Shown: positions 22,272 through 32,428 of the stretch, in pieces
Position numbering within the stretch: position 1 is the first letter of the stretch
Layout of the letters: each line of letters opens with the position of its first letter
DNA from: a bacterium
Lineage (GTDB): Bacteria > Zhuqueibacterota > Zhuqueibacteria > Oceanimicrobiales > Oceanimicrobiaceae
Reading direction: 5' to 3'
Length of the DNA: 39,936 bases
Assembly (NCBI GenBank): GCA_046757525.1
Contig: JBHHYI010000015.1
Coordinates: 1-39,936 of the forward strand
Made by a program: the position numbers and the translations under genes
Notes under the pieces: generated by a model
What the model was told of the DNA's origin: nothing
Databases searched by the model: none
What the model saw: the letters and a program-made list of their open reading frames with translations, nothing else

Positions 22272-23612
22272 ATGGCACAACAAGATCAAGAAAGGGAAAA
22301 TGTTCTAAGAATTGCCGGCGACAATGATGTGAAGTTCATCCGCTTGTGGTTTACCGATATCTTAGGCATTCTAAAAAGCTTCGCAATTACCATTAAGGAA
22401 CTGGAAACGGCTTTGGAGGAAGGGGTTGGATTTGACGGTTCTTCAATCGAGGGGTTTGTCCGCATCGACGAAAGCGATATGATGGCTATGCCAGACCCCA
22501 CTACGTTCAAGATTTTGCCCTGGCGGCACAGCGAGAATGGTACCGTTGCCCGGATGTTTTGCGATATTGAGACGCCGGAAGGCAGCCCCTATGAAGGCGA
22601 TCCCCGTTGGGTGTTGAAACAAAACTTAAAACGTGTGGAAGCCCTGGGCTATACGTTTTATGTGGGACCGGAGTTGGAATATTTCTATTTTCGCAGCCCC
22701 AAAGGCCAACCGGAAATTTTAGACAACGGCGGCTATTTTGATTTGACCCCGCTGGATGTGGCCAGCGACTTCCGCAAACAAACGGTCGCTGCGCTTGAAT
22801 CGCTGGGAATCGATGTGGAAACCAGTCACCATGAAGTGGGACCCAGTCAGCACGAGATCGACTTGCGCTACGCCGATGCCTTGACCATGGCCGATAATGC
22901 GATGACCTACCGGCTGGTGGTGAAGGAGGTCGCTTTGCGAAACGATATCTACGCTACTTTTATGCCCAAGCCGCTCTTCGGTCAAAATGGCAGCGGCATG
23001 CATACGCACATGTCGCTCTTTGAAGGCGAGAGGAATGCGTTTTTCGACGCCAAAGACAAGTATCATCTCTCCGACGTGGCCAAAAAATATATCGCCGGTC
23101 TCATCAAACACGCGCCCGAATTCACTCTGATTACCAATCAGTGGGTTAATTCCTACAAACGCCTGGTGCCCGGCTATGAGGCGCCAATCTACACCACCTG
23201 GGCCGTACGCAACCGCTCAGACATGGTCCGCGTGCCGGCTTACAAGCTGGGCAAGGAAAAAGCGACCAGAATAGAACTGCGTTCCCCCGACCCGGCGTGC
23301 AACCCCTATTTGGCCTTCAGCGCCATGTTGGCCGCTGGTTTGGAAGGCATCGAAAATAACTACGCGCCAATCGAGCCAGTTGAACGCAACGTCTACCAGT
23401 TAAGCGAAGAACAGAGAAAAGAACTGGGCATAAATACGCTGCCATCAGACCTCTATGAAGCGATCAAGGCCATGGAGTCCAGCGAAATTCTGAGGAAGGC
23501 GCTGGGAGAACATGTTTTTTACACGCTTTTGGAAAACAAGAGGATCGAATGGAGGGATTACCGCGCGCAGTTAACCGAATGGGAAATGCAACATTATTTT
23601 CCAATTTTGTAG
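22272..23612 (+). CDS. glnA: glutamine synthetase type I (GSI-alpha length)
   Basis: FDGSSIEGF, GPELEY, HHEV..SQHEIDL, ATFMPKPLFGQNGSGMH, NSYKRLVPGYEAP, RIELRSPDPACNPYLA. Confidence 0.96.
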   Translation: MAQQDQERENVLRIAGDNDVKFIRLWFTDILGILKSFAITIKELETALEEGVGFDGSSIEGFVRIDESDMMAMPDPTTFKILPWRHSENGTVARMFCDIETPEGSPYEGDPRWVLKQNLKRVEALGYTFYVGPELEYFYFRSPKGQPEILDNGGYFDLTPLDVASDFRKQTVAALESLGIDVETSHHEVGPSQHEIDLRYADALTMADNAMTYRLVVKEVALRNDIYATFMPKPLFGQNGSGMHTHMSLFEGERNAFFDAKDKYHLSDVAKKYIAGLIKHAPEFTLITNQWVNSYKRLVPGYEAPIYTTWAVRNRSDMVRVPAYKLGKEKATRIELRSPDPACNPYLAFSAMLAAGLEGIENNYAPIEPVERNVYQLSEEQRKELGINTLPSDLYEAIKAMESSEILRKALGEHVFYTLLENKRIEWRDYRAQLTEWEMQHYFPIL

Positions 23613-23676
23613 TGGGTCCAGCAAAAGCTGACCGTTCTTACAAGCTTGGCTTTTCACACAACATTCAAAAAGTACA

Positions 23677-24003
23677 ATGAGGCTCGGAACAACGCATTAT
23701 TTAGATTGTGCGCACTTTCTACCCAGGCACGCCAAATGCGGCCAGATGCACGGACATACCTACAAGGTGGAAGTGATTCTTGAAGGGGAAAACAAAGACG
23801 GCATGGTGCTCGATTTTGCTGAAATGAAACAGGCCGTGGAAACCGTTCTGCAGACTTACGACCACAAATTGCTGAACGATTTCCTGGAGTACCCCTCGGT
23901 GGAAAACATTTGCGAACTGTTGCAAGAGAAACTGAAAGCGCACCTGCCCTTTCCTTTCACCATTCGCGTCTGGGAAGGGGAAGGCAAGTGGGCAGAATTG
24001 TAA
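23677..24003 (+). CDS. queD: 6-carboxy-5,6,7,8-tetrahydropterin synthase (QueD/PTPS family)
   Basis: AHFLP, KCGQMHGHTY, GMVLDF, DHKLLND, PSVENI, VWEG. Confidence 0.88.
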   Translation: MRLGTTHYLDCAHFLPRHAKCGQMHGHTYKVEVILEGENKDGMVLDFAEMKQAVETVLQTYDHKLLNDFLEYPSVENICELLQEKLKAHLPFPFTIRVWEGEGKWAEL

Positions 24004-24057
24004 CCATTGGCCACGAAATGGTGTGAAAACAAAGAATCGCGAACCGTAGAGGTGTAG

Positions 24058-24480
24058 ATGGTGCTCAAACTAAACAAAAGCACCCGATTGGCTCTGTATT
24101 CCGTGGTGGAACTCAGTCGAGACAGCCAGGCGGTACTGTCGGCGGGGCAGATTGCGGAGAAGTACAAAATTTCCGAGCACCACGTGGCCAAGGTGCTGCA
24201 ACACCTGGTGCGGGTTGGGCTCATCCGCAGCATTCGTGGCATTAAAGGAGGCTTCCAAATCGCCAAAGACCCCAGGGAAGTCACCATGATGGATGTGGTG
24301 GAGCTCTTCGAACCCCAGTCGCAACATAACGGCTGCCTTCTGTTGGATTTCGATGAAGACTGTGGTCAGCAGGGCGCTTGCCGCATTGGCGAGGTGTTCA
24401 ACGAAATTCAAGAACAGGCTGTTTACACGCTGCGTTCCATATCCATTGCCACGCTGATTTCACCCAAAAAAATTTCCTGA
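24058..24480 (+). CDS. Rrf2 family transcriptional regulator (BadM-like by context)
   Basis: IAEKYKISEHHVAKVLQHLVRVGLIRSIRGIKGGF winged HTH, three C-terminal Cys; directly upstream of the benzoyl-CoA cluster. Confidence 0.9.
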   Translation: MVLKLNKSTRLALYSVVELSRDSQAVLSAGQIAEKYKISEHHVAKVLQHLVRVGLIRSIRGIKGGFQIAKDPREVTMMDVVELFEPQSQHNGCLLLDFDEDCGQQGACRIGEVFNEIQEQAVYTLRSISIATLISPKKIS

Positions 24481-24495
24481 CGCTCGATTTTTTTC

Positions 24496-24524
24496 TTGAC
24501 AAACTGGAGGCAATGTTTTATATT
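24496..24524 (+). promoter_or_regulatory. sigma70 promoter of the had-oah operon
   Basis: TTGACA (24496-24501)-N17-TATATT (24519-24524), near consensus. Confidence 0.75.
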
Positions 24525-24528
24525 GTAA

Positions 24529-24558
24529 AACAAGTAAAGAGGTACCTCTTTACTTGTT
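24529..24558. promoter_or_regulatory. perfect 30-bp palindrome, candidate repressor operator
   Basis: AACAAGTAAAGAGGT|ACCTCTTTACTTGTT with no spacer, starting 5 nt after the -10 box. Confidence 0.75.
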
Positions 24559-24658
24559 AAGCAGTTTCAGAACTCATTTTGGTGCTCAATAGATAAACTC
24601 TGGGTGCATCCGTGACGAAAATTTTTTGGCTACTTTTCTAAACTAACGAGGTCTGATC

Positions 24659-25744
24659 ATGCGAGAAGTGCAAGCCTGGCAAATGCAGCAGATAGCTCAA
24701 CCCATGCAACTCACCAAATTAACTCTCACCGACCTGGCCCCGGACGAGGTTCTGGTGCGCGTTGCAGGCTGTGGGGTTTGTCACACCGACCTTGGATTTT
24801 TTTACGATGGCGTTCGCACGGTTAAGTCTCTGCCCCTCACGCTTGGACATGAAATCAGCGGATTTGTCCAGGAGGCCGGTGCTGGTGCTGCGGACTGGCT
24901 TGGCAAGGCGGTTATCGTACCGGCGGTCTTGCCGTGCGGGGAATGCGATTTGTGCAACAAAGGCCGCGGCACCATCTGCCGCAAGCAGAAGATGCCCGGC
25001 AATCATATCGATGGCGGCTTTGCCAGCCACGTCGTCGTGCCTTGTCGCTATCTGTGCCCGGTGACGGTGGTAAGCGCAGAGGCCCCGTTTGCAGACTCTG
25101 GGGTGACTCTAAGGGAGCTTTCCGTGGTCGCCGATGCCGTCACCACGCCTTTTCAGGCGGTGAAGAACTCTGGCCTGAGCGAGGGTGATTTAGCTATCTT
25201 TATTGGAGTCGGGGGCATTGGCGGCTTTGGCGTGCAAATTGCCAAAGCGCTGGGTGCTGCGGTGGTGGCTGTGGACATCGATGACCGGCGCCTGCAAATG
25301 ATGGCCAAACACGGTGCCGATGCCACCTTCAATGCCACGGACTTAGACCGCAAGGCGCTGCGCAAAGCCCTTCAGGACTTCGCTTCCGAAAATAGGCTTT
25401 CGCCTTTTGAGTGGAAAATATTCGAAACCTCCGGAACCAGCGCCGGGCAAACGCTGGCTTTCGGGTTGTTGACTTACGGGGCGACGCTCAACGTGGTTGG
25501 ATTCACCATGGACACCTTGGAGCTGCGGCTGAGCAATCTCATGGCCTTCGACGCCCGGGCCGTCGGCAACTGGGGCTGCCATCCTGAGTACTATCCTGAA
25601 GCTTTGGAGTTGGTCGCAAGCGGTAAGGTTCAGTTGGCACCTTTTGTTCAGACGTTCCCTTTGAGCGAAATCAACACCGTTTTTGAACGTGTACACAAGC
25701 GGGAATTGGACAAACGCGCCATTCTCGTGCCTGATTTTGAATAG
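24659..25744 (+). CDS. had: 6-hydroxycyclohex-1-ene-1-carbonyl-CoA dehydrogenase
   Basis: Zn-ADH motifs [53 protein letters not shown] and [18 protein letters not shown] typical of Had/BzdX/BamQ; cluster context. Confidence 0.92.
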   Translation: MREVQAWQMQQIAQPMQLTKLTLTDLAPDEVLVRVAGCGVCHTDLGFFYDGVRTVKSLPLTLGHEISGFVQEAGAGAADWLGKAVIVPAVLPCGECDLCNKGRGTICRKQKMPGNHIDGGFASHVVVPCRYLCPVTVVSAEAPFADSGVTLRELSVVADAVTTPFQAVKNSGLSEGDLAIFIGVGGIGGFGVQIAKALGAAVVAVDIDDRRLQMMAKHGADATFNATDLDRKALRKALQDFASENRLSPFEWKIFETSGTSAGQTLAFGLLTYGATLNVVGFTMDTLELRLSNLMAFDARAVGNWGCHPEYYPEALELVASGKVQLAPFVQTFPLSEINTVFERVHKRELDKRAILVPDFE

Positions 25745-25771
25745 TTGACTTCTCAAACTTTGGAGACCAGT

Positions 25772-26863
25772 ATGTTTGCATTCAAAGACCACAACCTTCT
25801 CAAAGATTTTCAATTCACAGAGATTAAATACCAGCTCAAACCTTGTCTGGATTCGCAGGGCCAGTCCGTCGACGGTCTGTACAACGCCTGGATTGTCTTG
25901 GACAATCCACAGCAGCTCAATTCCTACACCACACAGATGGTCAAAGAGGTCATCCTGGCGTTTCGGACTGCTTCCAACGCGCGCAATGTGGTGGCGGTGG
26001 TCTTTACCGGTGCAGGCGACCAGGCCTTTTGCAGCGGCGGCAACACCAAGGAGTACGCGGAATACTACGCCGGTCAGCCGGAAGAATATCGCCAATACAT
26101 GCGGCTTTTCAACGACATGGTTACCGCTATTTTGCATTGCGACAAGCCGGTGATTTGCCGCGTCAACGGCATGCGCGTTGCGGGTGGGCAGGAGATCGGC
26201 ATGGCGTGCGATTTTTCCATTGCCAGCGATATGGCCGTCTTTGGTCAGGCGGGCCCCAAACACGGCTCGGCCCCGGACGGCGGCTCCACGGATTTTCTGC
26301 CCCTGTTTGTTGGCATTGAAAACGCCACGATGAGCTGCACGCTGTGCGAAATCTGGAGCGCTCACAAAGCCTACCGGCTGGGACTGCTCTCTGAAATCGT
26401 ACCGGTGCTGAAAAAGAATGGCCGGTTCATCGCCAACCCTCTGGTTGTTTCCGACCGCTGGATGGACGAAACCGGAAGAATCGTGTACGGCGAGTTTCTG
26501 ACCGGAGAAGAGAAACAACAAGCTAAAGAGCTGGTCAAACAGTGCGAAAAGGATTTGTCCCGGTTGGACCAGGCCGTCAATAACCTTTGTACTTCGCTGC
26601 TGCTCACCGTGCCGGGTTGCCTGACGAAAACTCTGGAATCGTTGCGCAAACACAAGTTAGAGCACTGGGATCGCAATCGTGAGGGCAATCGTGCCTGGCT
26701 GGGCATGAACATGCTCACAGAAGGCAAAGCTGGATTTCGAGCCTTTAATGAGGGCGTCAAGGGGCACCGGGAAGTGGATTTCATCAAGCTGCGGCAGTTG
26801 CTGGCACAGGGCGAGAGATGGGGAGATGATTTGGTCGAAGCCGTACTGCCGCCGCGTCCGTAA
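25772..26863 (+). CDS. oah: 6-oxocyclohex-1-ene-1-carbonyl-CoA hydrolase (ring opening)
   Basis: GLYNAWIVLDNPQQLNSYTT, FCSGGNTKEYAEYYAG.PEEYRQYMRLFNDMV, GQAGPKHGSAPDGGSTDFLP, characteristic of Oah/BamA/BzdY; ATG 25772 behind GGAG. Confidence 0.95.
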   Translation: MFAFKDHNLLKDFQFTEIKYQLKPCLDSQGQSVDGLYNAWIVLDNPQQLNSYTTQMVKEVILAFRTASNARNVVAVVFTGAGDQAFCSGGNTKEYAEYYAGQPEEYRQYMRLFNDMVTAILHCDKPVICRVNGMRVAGGQEIGMACDFSIASDMAVFGQAGPKHGSAPDGGSTDFLPLFVGIENATMSCTLCEIWSAHKAYRLGLLSEIVPVLKKNGRFIANPLVVSDRWMDETGRIVYGEFLTGEEKQQAKELVKQCEKDLSRLDQAVNNLCTSLLLTVPGCLTKTLESLRKHKLEHWDRNREGNRAWLGMNMLTEGKAGFRAFNEGVKGHREVDFIKLRQLLAQGERWGDDLVEAVLPPRP

Positions 26864-27193
26864 GGCGAGTCGGCCTCGATTGTCGAAGAGCAGTGTTTTT
26901 TTGTACGGAACAAACGCTAACCTTCTTCATGAAGGTCAGCGTTTCAAAGAAGCCCTCGCAATCCGGTGCAGCCGGATTGCTTTAAATGTCGGCAACGCCA
27001 AAGGCAGCCCTGTCATGCAGGAGGCGTCCTGAAAACCCGAGTCAGGTTCACATCCCTCTGATTTTCGCTCTGAACGAGCGAAAACCTGTCTCCCTTCATA
27101 AGGGAGAATGGCCAATGGAAAAAACAGGCATCTGCCTGACGCAATCGAGACGATTGCGTTACTACGAGGAACGTTTCAAGAGTCTATGACTCG

Positions 27194-27655
27194 ATGAGGA
27201 AGGGGCACACGTTGGATTTTAGCATTCGAAAGATTACTGAACAAGACAGCCGGGCTATCGTTGAAATAGATGCCATTCATTCGGGAGAGGCCAAGCCGGA
27301 TTATTGGCAAAAAAGGCTAAAACATTTTGTCGCGAAATCGTGGAACCAGCGCATTACCCTGGGTTATGTGGCCGTGGCCGAGGGTCGGGTGATTGGTTAC
27401 ATTTTGGCTGAAGGACGTTCGTGGGAATTTGGCTCAGCCCTTTGCGGCTGGATTTTTGCCATCGGCGTGGATCCTAAATGCGGACGGCAAGGGGTGGGTC
27501 TGGCCTTGTGCCGGGAGGTCTGTTTGAAATTCAAGGCCCTGGATATCCACACCGTGCGAACCATGGTGCGCAAAGACAATGTAGACGTGCTGAGCTTCTT
27601 CCGGGCGTCGGGATTTCATGCGGGACCGTTTATTGAGCTCGAGTTGGAGCTTTAA
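27194..27655 (+). CDS. GNAT family N-acetyltransferase (BadL-like)
   Basis: VIGYILAEGRSWEFGSALCGWIFAIGVDP, RQGVG acetyl-CoA loop, RTMV...LSFFRASGF.AGPFIELE. Start uncertain (TTG 27212 possible). Confidence 0.85.
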   Translation: MRKGHTLDFSIRKITEQDSRAIVEIDAIHSGEAKPDYWQKRLKHFVAKSWNQRITLGYVAVAEGRVIGYILAEGRSWEFGSALCGWIFAIGVDPKCGRQGVGLALCREVCLKFKALDIHTVRTMVRKDNVDVLSFFRASGFHAGPFIELELEL

Positions 27656-27743
27656 CGCACTATTCATTGAAAAAACTATTTCCATGCTGTTGGAGAGTAA
27701 GCGTTAGTTTACTCAAGATATTCGAAATAATTGGAACATAATC

Positions 27744-28172
27744 ATGAAAACGCGGACCTTATCAATTTTGTTCTATTTGTTGGGGTTTGTAATATTCGCC
27801 TGTGGCACACCAGGCAACAAAATTGCTCCCACTACAGAGATGGCTAAAATTGCTAATAACGATACTCTTCAAGCAGTACTGACACTGAGAAATTTCTATT
27901 TTGAGCCAAGTCGAATAGTCACTGAAGTCAACAAGCCACTGAAGCTAAGTCTGAGGAAACGATCCGGGTTTTTGGGCATCGTCCCTCATGATTTTAACCT
28001 GGTGGCACCGGATGCAAATCTGAATATACTCAATCAAAAGGTTACTGGCGGAGATGGTGTGACCATTACAATTACACCCACAAAAGTGGGCCAATACAAA
28101 TTCTATTGTAGTAAAGGCGATCATGCAAAAAAAGGCATGCAAGGGCTGTTGATCGTAAAGGAGCATTTTTAG
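27744..28172 (+). CDS. cupredoxin-domain lipoprotein
   Basis: Lipobox IFAC, FYFEPS, PHDF, GQYKFYCSKGDHAKKGMQG giving His/Cys/His/Met type-1 copper ligands. Confidence 0.85.
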   Translation: MKTRTLSILFYLLGFVIFACGTPGNKIAPTTEMAKIANNDTLQAVLTLRNFYFEPSRIVTEVNKPLKLSLRKRSGFLGIVPHDFNLVAPDANLNILNQKVTGGDGVTITITPTKVGQYKFYCSKGDHAKKGMQGLLIVKEHF

Positions 28173-28220
28173 AAAAGATTAGAGTCTACTGACTTGCTAT
28201 CATAACTCTGGAGAGCGACG

Positions 28221-28994
28221 ATGTCTGAACTTAACAAAACAGAGAAGGATTTTCCGTACGACCAACAAGTTCTGCGACTTACCCTCAACGCGCCTAAAGG
28301 CAATGTTTTGGACAAAGAGATGATGACCGAACTTTCTCAGGCTATTCAGCAAGAGGGGCAACGGCCTTCGGTAAAAGCGCTCGTCTTTCAGGGTGCCGGG
28401 GATCACTTCTCTTTTGGCGCCAGTGTGGCAGATCACCAAAAGGAATTCGTGGCGGAGATGCTGACGATCTTCCACCAATTGATGCGGGCTCTAATCGAAA
28501 CCAGCAAGCCCATGTTTGCGCTGGTCCGCGGACAATGCCTCGGCGGCGGGCTGGAATTGGCCGCCTTTTGCCACTGGATTTTTGCCGCGGAAGATGCCAA
28601 ATTTGGTCAGCCGGAAATCAAGCTGGCTGTGTTTCCACCGGTTGCGTCTTTGATTTTGCCCTTTCGCATTGGCCAGGCCGCCGCAGACGATCTGGTGCTC
28701 AGCGGTCGCTCCATTTCAGCCGAAGAGGCGCAACAACTGGGATTGGTCCATTCGGTTTCGTCGGACCCTGCTAAGGACCTCGAGGCGTTTCTTTCAGAAC
28801 ACATTTTCCCTAAAAGCCCCGTAGCCCTGAAATACGCGGCAAAATCCTCGCGTTATGAAATGTATCAGGCTTTTCTAAGAAACATCAAAGCAGTCGAAAA
28901 GATTTACGTTGAGGAATTGATGGCTACCAGAGATGCCAATGAAGGCATTCAGGCGTTCCTTGAGAAGCGCAAGCCGATTTGGAAGAACATATAG
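28221..28994 (+). CDS. dch: cyclohexa-1,5-diene-1-carbonyl-CoA hydratase
   Basis: Crotonase fold: LNAPKGNVLD, HFSFGASVADH, VRGQCLGGGLE, GQPEIKLAVFPPVAS, YVEELMATRDANEGIQAFLEKRKP; cluster context. Confidence 0.9.
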   Translation: MSELNKTEKDFPYDQQVLRLTLNAPKGNVLDKEMMTELSQAIQQEGQRPSVKALVFQGAGDHFSFGASVADHQKEFVAEMLTIFHQLMRALIETSKPMFALVRGQCLGGGLELAAFCHWIFAAEDAKFGQPEIKLAVFPPVASLILPFRIGQAAADDLVLSGRSISAEEAQQLGLVHSVSSDPAKDLEAFLSEHIFPKSPVALKYAAKSSRYEMYQAFLRNIKAVEKIYVEELMATRDANEGIQAFLEKRKPIWKNI

Positions 28995-28996
28995 AG

Positions 28997-29716
28997 ATGC
29001 ATTTTAGTTTCGAAAATCAGGTGGTAATCATTACCGGTGGCAGCGGTGGTATTGGTCAGACCACGGCCAGGCTGTTCACGGAAGTGGGAGCACGCGTTGT
29101 CTGCGTCGATCTGCAAGCACCAGAAGATTCGATCGCGGATTGTCGCTACCTCGAAGTGGATGTGGCTAACTTCAAAGCGGTCGGAGAATGCGTTGCCAAC
29201 ATTCTGGCTGAGGAAAAATCCATCGATTGCCTAATCAACAACGCCGGCATTGCGCGCGATGCCACCCTGTGGAGCATGACCGAGGAACAGTGGGATGAGG
29301 TGCTCAGGGTCAATTTGAAAGGCGCCTTTAATTTCATGCACCACGTGGCGCCCCATTTCAGAGAAAGAAATCGCGGCAAGATCGTTAACATCTCCTCGAT
29401 TAATGGATTGCGCGGCAAGTTTGGCCTGGCCAATTATTCCGCGTCCAAGGCCGGACTGATCGGGCTCACCAAAACGGTGGCGCGAGAGCTGGGCCGTCAC
29501 AACGTGAACGTCAATGCGGTTGCTCCGGGTTACGTCCTGACCCCGCTGACGCAAAAACTTCCCGAGAAGATCATCGACGGGGCCCGGGCAGAGACCGTCC
29601 TGGATCGGTTGGCCACACCGCAAGACATCGCCCAGGTGATTCTGTTTCTCTGCTCTGAGCTGGCGCGGCACATCACCGGCGAGGTCATAAAAGTAGATGG
29701 AGGTCAATACATTTAG
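28997..29716 (+). CDS. SDR oxidoreductase (FabG-like; candidate 3-hydroxyacyl/pimeloyl-CoA dehydrogenase, BzdZ-like position)
   Basis: TGGSGGIG, NNAGIARD, NISS, YSASK, NAVAPG, VDGG. Substrate inferred from context only. Confidence 0.85.
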   Translation: MHFSFENQVVIITGGSGGIGQTTARLFTEVGARVVCVDLQAPEDSIADCRYLEVDVANFKAVGECVANILAEEKSIDCLINNAGIARDATLWSMTEEQWDEVLRVNLKGAFNFMHHVAPHFRERNRGKIVNISSINGLRGKFGLANYSASKAGLIGLTKTVARELGRHNVNVNAVAPGYVLTPLTQKLPEKIIDGARAETVLDRLATPQDIAQVILFLCSELARHITGEVIKVDGGQYI

Positions 29717-29788
29717 CTAACTTTTTTGCCCAGAGTGGAGACAAATTAATCCAGAAAAGGAACCACAAAATAATGCGGGAGACTGTTA

Positions 29789-30961
29789 ATGAACCAGCAA
29801 ATCAAAACCTTTGACGGCTGGCAGGGTAAAGCACTGGATGAGATTTTCGACTGGTGTCGGGAGCTGGTGGAAGACCCTGAGTACCCCACGGTGCGGCGCT
29901 GGCGCGAAGCTGGTGGCCAAGTGGTAGGCCACTTTCAGGTCTACTTCCCCGAAGAGATCGCTCATGCTGCGGGTCTGCTGCCGCTAAAAATCCGCGGGGC
30001 GCAGGTCGAGGGCATGGAAGCCGAGTCGCATTTTGGCTCCTACCTGTGCTCGATCATCAAGACTTCCCTGGAGCTGGCCCTGACCAACAAGGTCGAGCTG
30101 GACATGTTTGTCACCCACCCGATTTGCGATGCGGCCAGGAATCTCGCGGCGATCTGGGGGCGAAACTTTCCTTACAAGTGCCAGATTCTCTACTTGCCAC
30201 AGAATCCCAACTCCGCTTATTCGATCCGCTACTTAAAGAGTGAGTACGAACGGTTAAGAACCGACCTGGAGAGCATTGCCGGTCGCAAAGTTGAGGATGG
30301 CGATCTGCGCCGGTCGCTGGCAGTGTACAACGAAAGTCGCGCCCTCATGCGGCAAATCTACGCCGTCAAACGGGAAAGGCCCTGGCTCATTTCCGCCGAA
30401 GAAGCTTTCTGCCTGGTAGCTCTGGCCGGGTTCATCCCACGAGAAGAGTACAACCAATTCATGCGCGCCGTTTTGCCAATGATCGGGCAACGAGGGGCGA
30501 AAGAGCAGGATAAGATGCGGGTGGTCTTCGAGGGAGGCTTCTGTGAGCAACCACCGCTGGACCTGTTGCAGACCATCGACCGGTCTTGCTATTTGGTTGA
30601 CGATGATCTGATGATCGGCTTGCGCTGGATTGTCGAAGACATTCCGGTCGAAGGGGACCCCTGGTACAATCTGGCTGAAGCTTATGTCGAACGATCCACC
30701 TACAGTCCGGTGCAGCACGATTTGCGTAAGCCCAAAGAGAACATGCTGCTCGAGCGCATCCGGAACTGTGGGGCTGAGGCTGCGATCATCACCGCGGCCA
30801 AGATGTGTGAGCCCGGGCTGGAAGAACAGGTCACCTACAGCAAGGCTCTGGATGCTGCAGGGATACCCTACTTCATCAGTGAGTTTGAGGAAAATCAAAC
30901 GACGTTCGATCACCTGGGCATTCAGCTCGAGACATTTGTAGAGAACATTCTTTTTAGTTGA
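29789..30961 (+). CDS. bcrC: class I benzoyl-CoA reductase CoA-ester-binding subunit (BcrC/BadD-like)
   Basis: [57 protein letters not shown] match the BcrC pattern of the 2-hydroxyacyl-CoA dehydratase family. Confidence 0.88.
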   Translation: MNQQIKTFDGWQGKALDEIFDWCRELVEDPEYPTVRRWREAGGQVVGHFQVYFPEEIAHAAGLLPLKIRGAQVEGMEAESHFGSYLCSIIKTSLELALTNKVELDMFVTHPICDAARNLAAIWGRNFPYKCQILYLPQNPNSAYSIRYLKSEYERLRTDLESIAGRKVEDGDLRRSLAVYNESRALMRQIYAVKRERPWLISAEEAFCLVALAGFIPREEYNQFMRAVLPMIGQRGAKEQDKMRVVFEGGFCEQPPLDLLQTIDRSCYLVDDDLMIGLRWIVEDIPVEGDPWYNLAEAYVERSTYSPVQHDLRKPKENMLLERIRNCGAEAAIITAAKMCEPGLEEQVTYSKALDAAGIPYFISEFEENQTTFDHLGIQLETFVENILFS

Positions 30962-30975
30962 CGGAGGATTCCTTC

Positions 30976-32274
30976 ATGGGCAACAGTGAAAAAAAATCTG
31001 AAGAGATCGTTGGCCGGGGCAACCGGGACGGCGCGGCGCTCTTTCGGCAATGGTTCAATGAATTAAGCGAAGCCGCCGAGCAAGGACGAGGGGCTGCTTA
31101 TGTCTTTGTGATGGGCAGTCTCAACGAAGTCCTCAAAACTTTTGACCTGCCGGTGGTGTTTCCGGAAATCAACTCCCTCCAGACCGCGGTCCGGCGAGTG
31201 GCGCAAGAATTCCTGAGCGAGGCTGAGGACTACGGTTACTCTCCCGACATCTGCGGTTACGTAAAAGCGGATGTAGGGGTGCAGCTCCGCGGCGGCCAAC
31301 ACCCCATGGGCCGGATTCCCAAACCGAACCTGGCGGTGCTGACCAACGCCTGCAACACTTACATCAAGTGGGCGGAAATATGGGAACGCATGTACCACAT
31401 TCCCATTTTTACCATCGACATTCCGGGTACCCGCGCGGCAGGGACCCAATCGTGGCCGGGCGATGCTGAATTTGCCAACGACCGGAAATACGTGGCCGAG
31501 CAAATCAAGGAGTTGATCGCACTTTGCGAGACCGTCACAGGCAAAAGCTTTGACATCGACAAATTTCGAGAAGTGCTGAGCCATGCCAACGACATGAGTC
31601 GCTGCTGGCAGGAGATTCTCAGCCTCAACCAAAAAAAGCCGGCCGTGTTTAACGCGCTCACCGATGGCACCATTTATCTCGGAGTGGCCAACGGTTTACG
31701 GGGTACGGCGGTGGGAGGCCAGTACTTTAAAGATCTTGTGGAAGAAATGAAATACAAGTCGAGCCACGACATCGGTACCTTGACCGAAGAAAAGTTCCGG
31801 CTCTTCTTTATTGGTGTCCCCTGCTACCCCATATTTCGTCGGTTCAACGAGTTTTTCACCGAATGGGGCGGCGTGTTCGTTCATTCCACCTACTTGTGGT
31901 TTGCTTCCGGCGGCACCAATCTCGGCTTTGAGTACGATTTAAGCAACCCTATTGAGAGTTTGGCGGAAGGATTGCTGGTCAGCGTTCGCGACGCCATGGA
32001 CAGCATGTTTCATCAGCAGCAGGCGATTCTCTCGCTGGCCGACCCCTTCCAGGTCGATGGCGTGGTTTATCACCCCATCAAGAGTTGTCGCACGGTTTCG
32101 ACCGGTTTGGCCGATGGTCGACGCTATGTGATGAAGAACAAGGACATTGCCACGCTTTTCATCGAGTCGGATTTGATGGACAAACGGGTGGTTTCCGAAG
32201 CACAAATGAAAAACCGAATCGACGCCTTTTTTGAAGGGTTGATCTCCCGTCAGCAGTTAGCAGGAGTGGCATGA
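30976..32274 (+). CDS. bcrB: class I benzoyl-CoA reductase catalytic subunit (BcrB/BadE-like)
   Basis: FPEINSLQ, AEDYGYSPDICGYVKADVG, HPMGRIPKP, NACNTYIKW, HPIKSCRTVS, FIESDLMD, QMKNRIDAFFE; ATG 30976 behind GGAGG. Confidence 0.9.
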   Translation: MGNSEKKSEEIVGRGNRDGAALFRQWFNELSEAAEQGRGAAYVFVMGSLNEVLKTFDLPVVFPEINSLQTAVRRVAQEFLSEAEDYGYSPDICGYVKADVGVQLRGGQHPMGRIPKPNLAVLTNACNTYIKWAEIWERMYHIPIFTIDIPGTRAAGTQSWPGDAEFANDRKYVAEQIKELIALCETVTGKSFDIDKFREVLSHANDMSRCWQEILSLNQKKPAVFNALTDGTIYLGVANGLRGTAVGGQYFKDLVEEMKYKSSHDIGTLTEEKFRLFFIGVPCYPIFRRFNEFFTEWGGVFVHSTYLWFASGGTNLGFEYDLSNPIESLAEGLLVSVRDAMDSMFHQQQAILSLADPFQVDGVVYHPIKSCRTVSTGLADGRRYVMKNKDIATLFIESDLMDKRVVSEAQMKNRIDAFFEGLISRQQLAGVA

Positions 32275-32428
32275 GGTGTGTGAGTATTCGAGCGCTGGTA
32301 TGCTTGGGAGGCGCAAGACTGCAGACGCCAGATTTTCGTTTTCTGGATCCAGTGACCAAGCCCAGGGATCAGTTTGAGTAAAGAGTTTTTTCTAATTGTA
32401 GAAAGTTAGCCAAATAAGGAGTCCAATC

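Noticed and set aside
25343..26653. 436-aa minus-strand ORF
   Set aside because: Antisense to had/oah, no motifs.
26864..27193. 330-bp gap between oah and the GNAT with short ORFs (26986-27189)
   Set aside because: No ferredoxin motif, convincing RBS-ORF pair or recognisable RNA.
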